A stretch of DNA of 64,000 nt from Mustelus asterias. Lineage: Eukaryota. The notes under the pieces were generated by a model. It made no database searches and was not told where the DNA came from. It saw only the letters and a program-made list of their open reading frames with translations. Shown here in pieces: positions 61,031 through 64,000 of the stretch (positions are counted from its first letter, which is position 1; every line of letters begins with the position of its first letter). Made by a program: the position numbers and the translations under genes. The stretch covers positions 32,736,001 through 32,800,000 of the forward strand of contig NC_135808.1 of NCBI RefSeq assembly GCF_964213995.1. Reading direction: 5' to 3'.

Positions 61031-61993
61031 CGTGTCCTGCTTACACTCTCGCCATTTGTCCTCAAGCAGGAAAAGCTGGCACATAATAGAAGAGAGAGAT
61101 CCCAGATGGGCAGAAGGATGCCAACTTTGTAGAAAGAGCACTCCACATGGCCAGGGAGGACGTTGCTCCTGTGAAAAGGACAGCGATAAACCATGTGTAG
61201 ATCCAGCTCAGCATCACTGCTGTGAGTCATGTTTCTTGTGTTTAAGAGTCCCTGCCATGCACTAATGAAATCTCCTTTCTTTCTCAGGTACATCTTTGTG
61301 GTGGCGCTGGCTCGGTCAGCATTTATTGCCCATCCCTAATTACCCTTCACCCGAGTGGCTTGCTGCACCATTTCAGACACCAGTTCAGAGTCAGCAACAT
61401 TGCTGTGGATCTGAAGTTGTATTTGGCCAGACCAGGTAAGGACGGCAGATTCCCTTCCCTAAAGGACATCAGTGAATCAGATGGATTTCTACAACAATTG
61501 ATAAATGTTTTGTGGTCATCAATAGACTTTTAATTCCAGATTCCAGCTGGCACCTCACAGCACTGCTCACCATTCACTGCCAGAGGCTGCCAGAGTCACT
61601 GTGTCCTCAAACACTTTCACTTCTGGTTCCTTCCAAGAATCAATTGTGGATCTTGATGTTACCTCAAAGACAGCACCCACCATTTCCTCTCCCTGAGCAC
61701 TGATGCCCTCTTTGCTGGAGTTGGACATTTGACAACAGGCATGTCGCGAGGACAAAGGGCAGTGAGGTTTGCCTCCATCTCAGGAACCATATGTTAACAC
61801 ATGAATAGAACACCTGTCAATGAAGGAAGCACATCTGTCCAGAGGCTTCCCCTCACTGTGCATTATCACTTTCTCCACCTCATCCCACTTTTCCTGTCAC
61901 TGCAGCAATAACAAGAATTCCCCAATGTCTGACTGAAACTGTCATCACTTACACAGTGTGAAGAGAGGCAAACAGTATCTGGAGAGAGAGAGA

Positions 61994-62043
<50 letters not shown>

Positions 62044-62251
62044 ATGTGAGAGAGAATGTGTGAGAGAGAGAATGTGTGAGAGAGAGAATGTGTGAGTGAG
62101 TGAGTGTGTGTGTGTGAGTGAGAGTGTGTGTGTGCACGTGAGTGAGAGTGTGTGAGTGAGAGTGTGTGTGTGTGTGTGTGTGAGTGAGTGAGTGTGTGTG
62201 TGAGTGAGAGTGTGTGTGTGCGCGTGAGTGAGAGTGTGTGAGTGAGAGTGT

Positions 62252-62424
62252 NNNNNNNNNNNNNNNNNNNNNNNNNNNNNNNNNNNNNNNNNNNNNNNNN
62301 NNNNNNNNNNNNNNNNNNNNNNNNNNNNNNNNNNNNNNNNNNNNNNNNNNNNNNNNNNNNNNNNNNNNNNNNNNNNNNNNNNNNNNNNNNNNNNNNNNNN
62401 NNNNNNNNNNNNNNNNNNNNNNNN
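62252..62424. other. Assembly gap (173 N)
   Basis: Run of n. Confidence 1.
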
Positions 62425-62471
62425 TGTGAGTGTGTGTGCGTATGAGAGAGAGAGAGAGAGAGAGAGAGAAT

Positions 62472-62598
62472 GGCCAGAATTTTACCATCCCGCTCGTCAT
62501 GGGAATCGGAGTGGGTGAGGGGCGGACCATGGAAAGGTCCGTTGACCTCGGGCAGGATTTTACGGTTTCGGGGCAAGCGAGGCCATAAAACCCTGTCC
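62472..62598 (+). mobile_element. About 125-bp MITE-like element
   Basis: Homologous to 42777-42900. Confidence 0.6.
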
Positions 62599-63560
62599 AT
62601 TGTGTGTATGAGAGAGAGAGAGATGGGTGTGTGAGAGAGGGTGTTTGTGAGAGAGAGAGAGAGAGAGTAGAGAGAGAGATCGAGAGACAGTAAGTGACCC
62701 ACTCAGTGCTCTGTGTGACACACTACCCACCTCCTGACACCCTCCAGGATGAACACCTCCCTCTTCTCCCTCAGTCTCCAGCGTTGCAACCAGATTGGTA
62801 TTGATGGACTGCCATGAGCAGCCTTTCCCCTAGTGTCTGTGGCTATGACTCATCTTTCATTCCCTCACCCTGCAGTAAAAATATCTCTCACTTTCTATGC
62901 CTTTTAGCTTGGACAAAAGATCATCCAGACTTGAAACGTCAGCACTTTTTCTCCTTACAGATGCTGCCAGACCTGCTGAGATTTTCCAGCATTTTCTCTT
63001 GGAATCTAGGACACAGTGACAGCCTCAGGACAAAGAGAGAACCATTTAGGGCCGAGATGAGAAGAAATTTCATCACAAAGGCTTGTGAATCTTAGTAATT
63101 CTCTCTACCTCGGAGTATTGTGGACACTTTACCATTGAATATCTTTAAGGTGAGAATTGACAGAGTTTTGGTTACTTGGGCAATCAAGTGATATGGCTTA
63201 CTGCTGAGAAAATGGAGTTGAAGCAAAAGATTAGCCAGAATCATATTGAGTGTTGGAGCAGGGTTGTGGAGCTGTATGACAAATTCCTGCTGCTGTTCTC
63301 ATGTCTGTTTATTCTTAAGTTTTTCTATCCCTTAACCAAATTAGTATATGTTCTGTTGTTGTCTACTTTATCCTGGGGATTTCAATTTCACTGACAAATC
63401 CATCACAAGGTACTTTCTGTCCATATTGAACAAGACAGTAACAGTTGAAATTCTCTAGCCCTCTTGCATCATTAATTTCAAGTCCCCCTTTTTTCTCTGA
63501 TTGGATAGTGTGTGATTTTCATGAACAATGGATTACTGATTCCTTTTTGGTTTCTGACAG

Positions 63561-64000
63561 GAATTCACATTCTTCAATTGATATGGTCTGTCAAGGTCAT
63601 TGAAGACGGCTCCATGAAGAGATGGATGTGGTTTGGATTTGATGGAAAGGACTATATTAGTTTAGAGCCAGATCGAAAGAGATGGGTCACAACCAATCAC
63701 TTCGCAGTGAAGACTAAAGAGAAGTCAGATTCAGATCAATCCCGGAATGAGTTCCCAAAACAAAGTTTGAAAGTAGTTGGTGTCCAGAATTTAAAATGAT
63801 ATTTACAAAGAGCAAAGGAACATTTCAAAAGGAAATGTATTGATCTCAATTTTGAGCCCATGTTCTGATCTAACTTCACTGATCTATCAAACCATTCTCC
63901 CATTCCATTCAGTGTGGGTTTATTGTTTGGTGTTTTCACTCTTTCCCATTACAGTTCAGCCTGAAGTCTTCATCTCCAGAAGTGAGCCCAATAGTCAGTA
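63561..64000 (+). pseudogene. MHC class I-like pseudogene D (alpha2 63561-63836; alpha3 from 63955, runs off the window)
   Basis: Near-identical inverted paralogue of copy B with the same TGA (63797-63799); alpha3 acceptor intact. Confidence 0.9.

Larger units (their letters stand above)
61981..62690. repeat. (GA)n/(GT)n compound microsatellite spanning an assembly gap
   Basis: Directly visible. Confidence 0.97.

Noticed and set aside
61866-62702. His/Thr/Leu-rich ORFs
   Set aside because: Artefacts of the microsatellite and the N-gap.

Overview
Eukaryotic, repeat-dense window that looks like a cartilaginous fish genome (HE1-type V-SINEs, abundant CR1 LINEs, shark-like MHC class I exons). 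The host content is a decayed or duplicated cluster of divergent non-classical MHC class I genes. Copy A on the minus strand has alpha1, alpha2, alpha3 and TM exons (14542-17157). There are three partial or pseudogene copies: B (28903-32550, -), C (33975-34416, -) and D (63561-64000, +). Wherever the position is present, the canonical alpha2 cysteines are replaced. Around these lie a degraded class I (gamma/epsilon-like) endogenous retrovirus with gag, integrase, env and 3' LTR, and two full-length but defective Gypsy elements. One Gypsy has a PNMA-like gag and a tRNA-Thr PBS; the other has no recognisable PBS and a YLDN RT motif. Also present: several PIF/Harbinger remnants, nested CR1s, a Rex1/Babar LINE, Penelope-like insertions with inverted ends and minimal hammerhead ribozyme motifs, minisatellites, a complex local inverted duplication, and a 173-nt assembly gap. 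All calls come from reading the sequence by eye; no searches were run.
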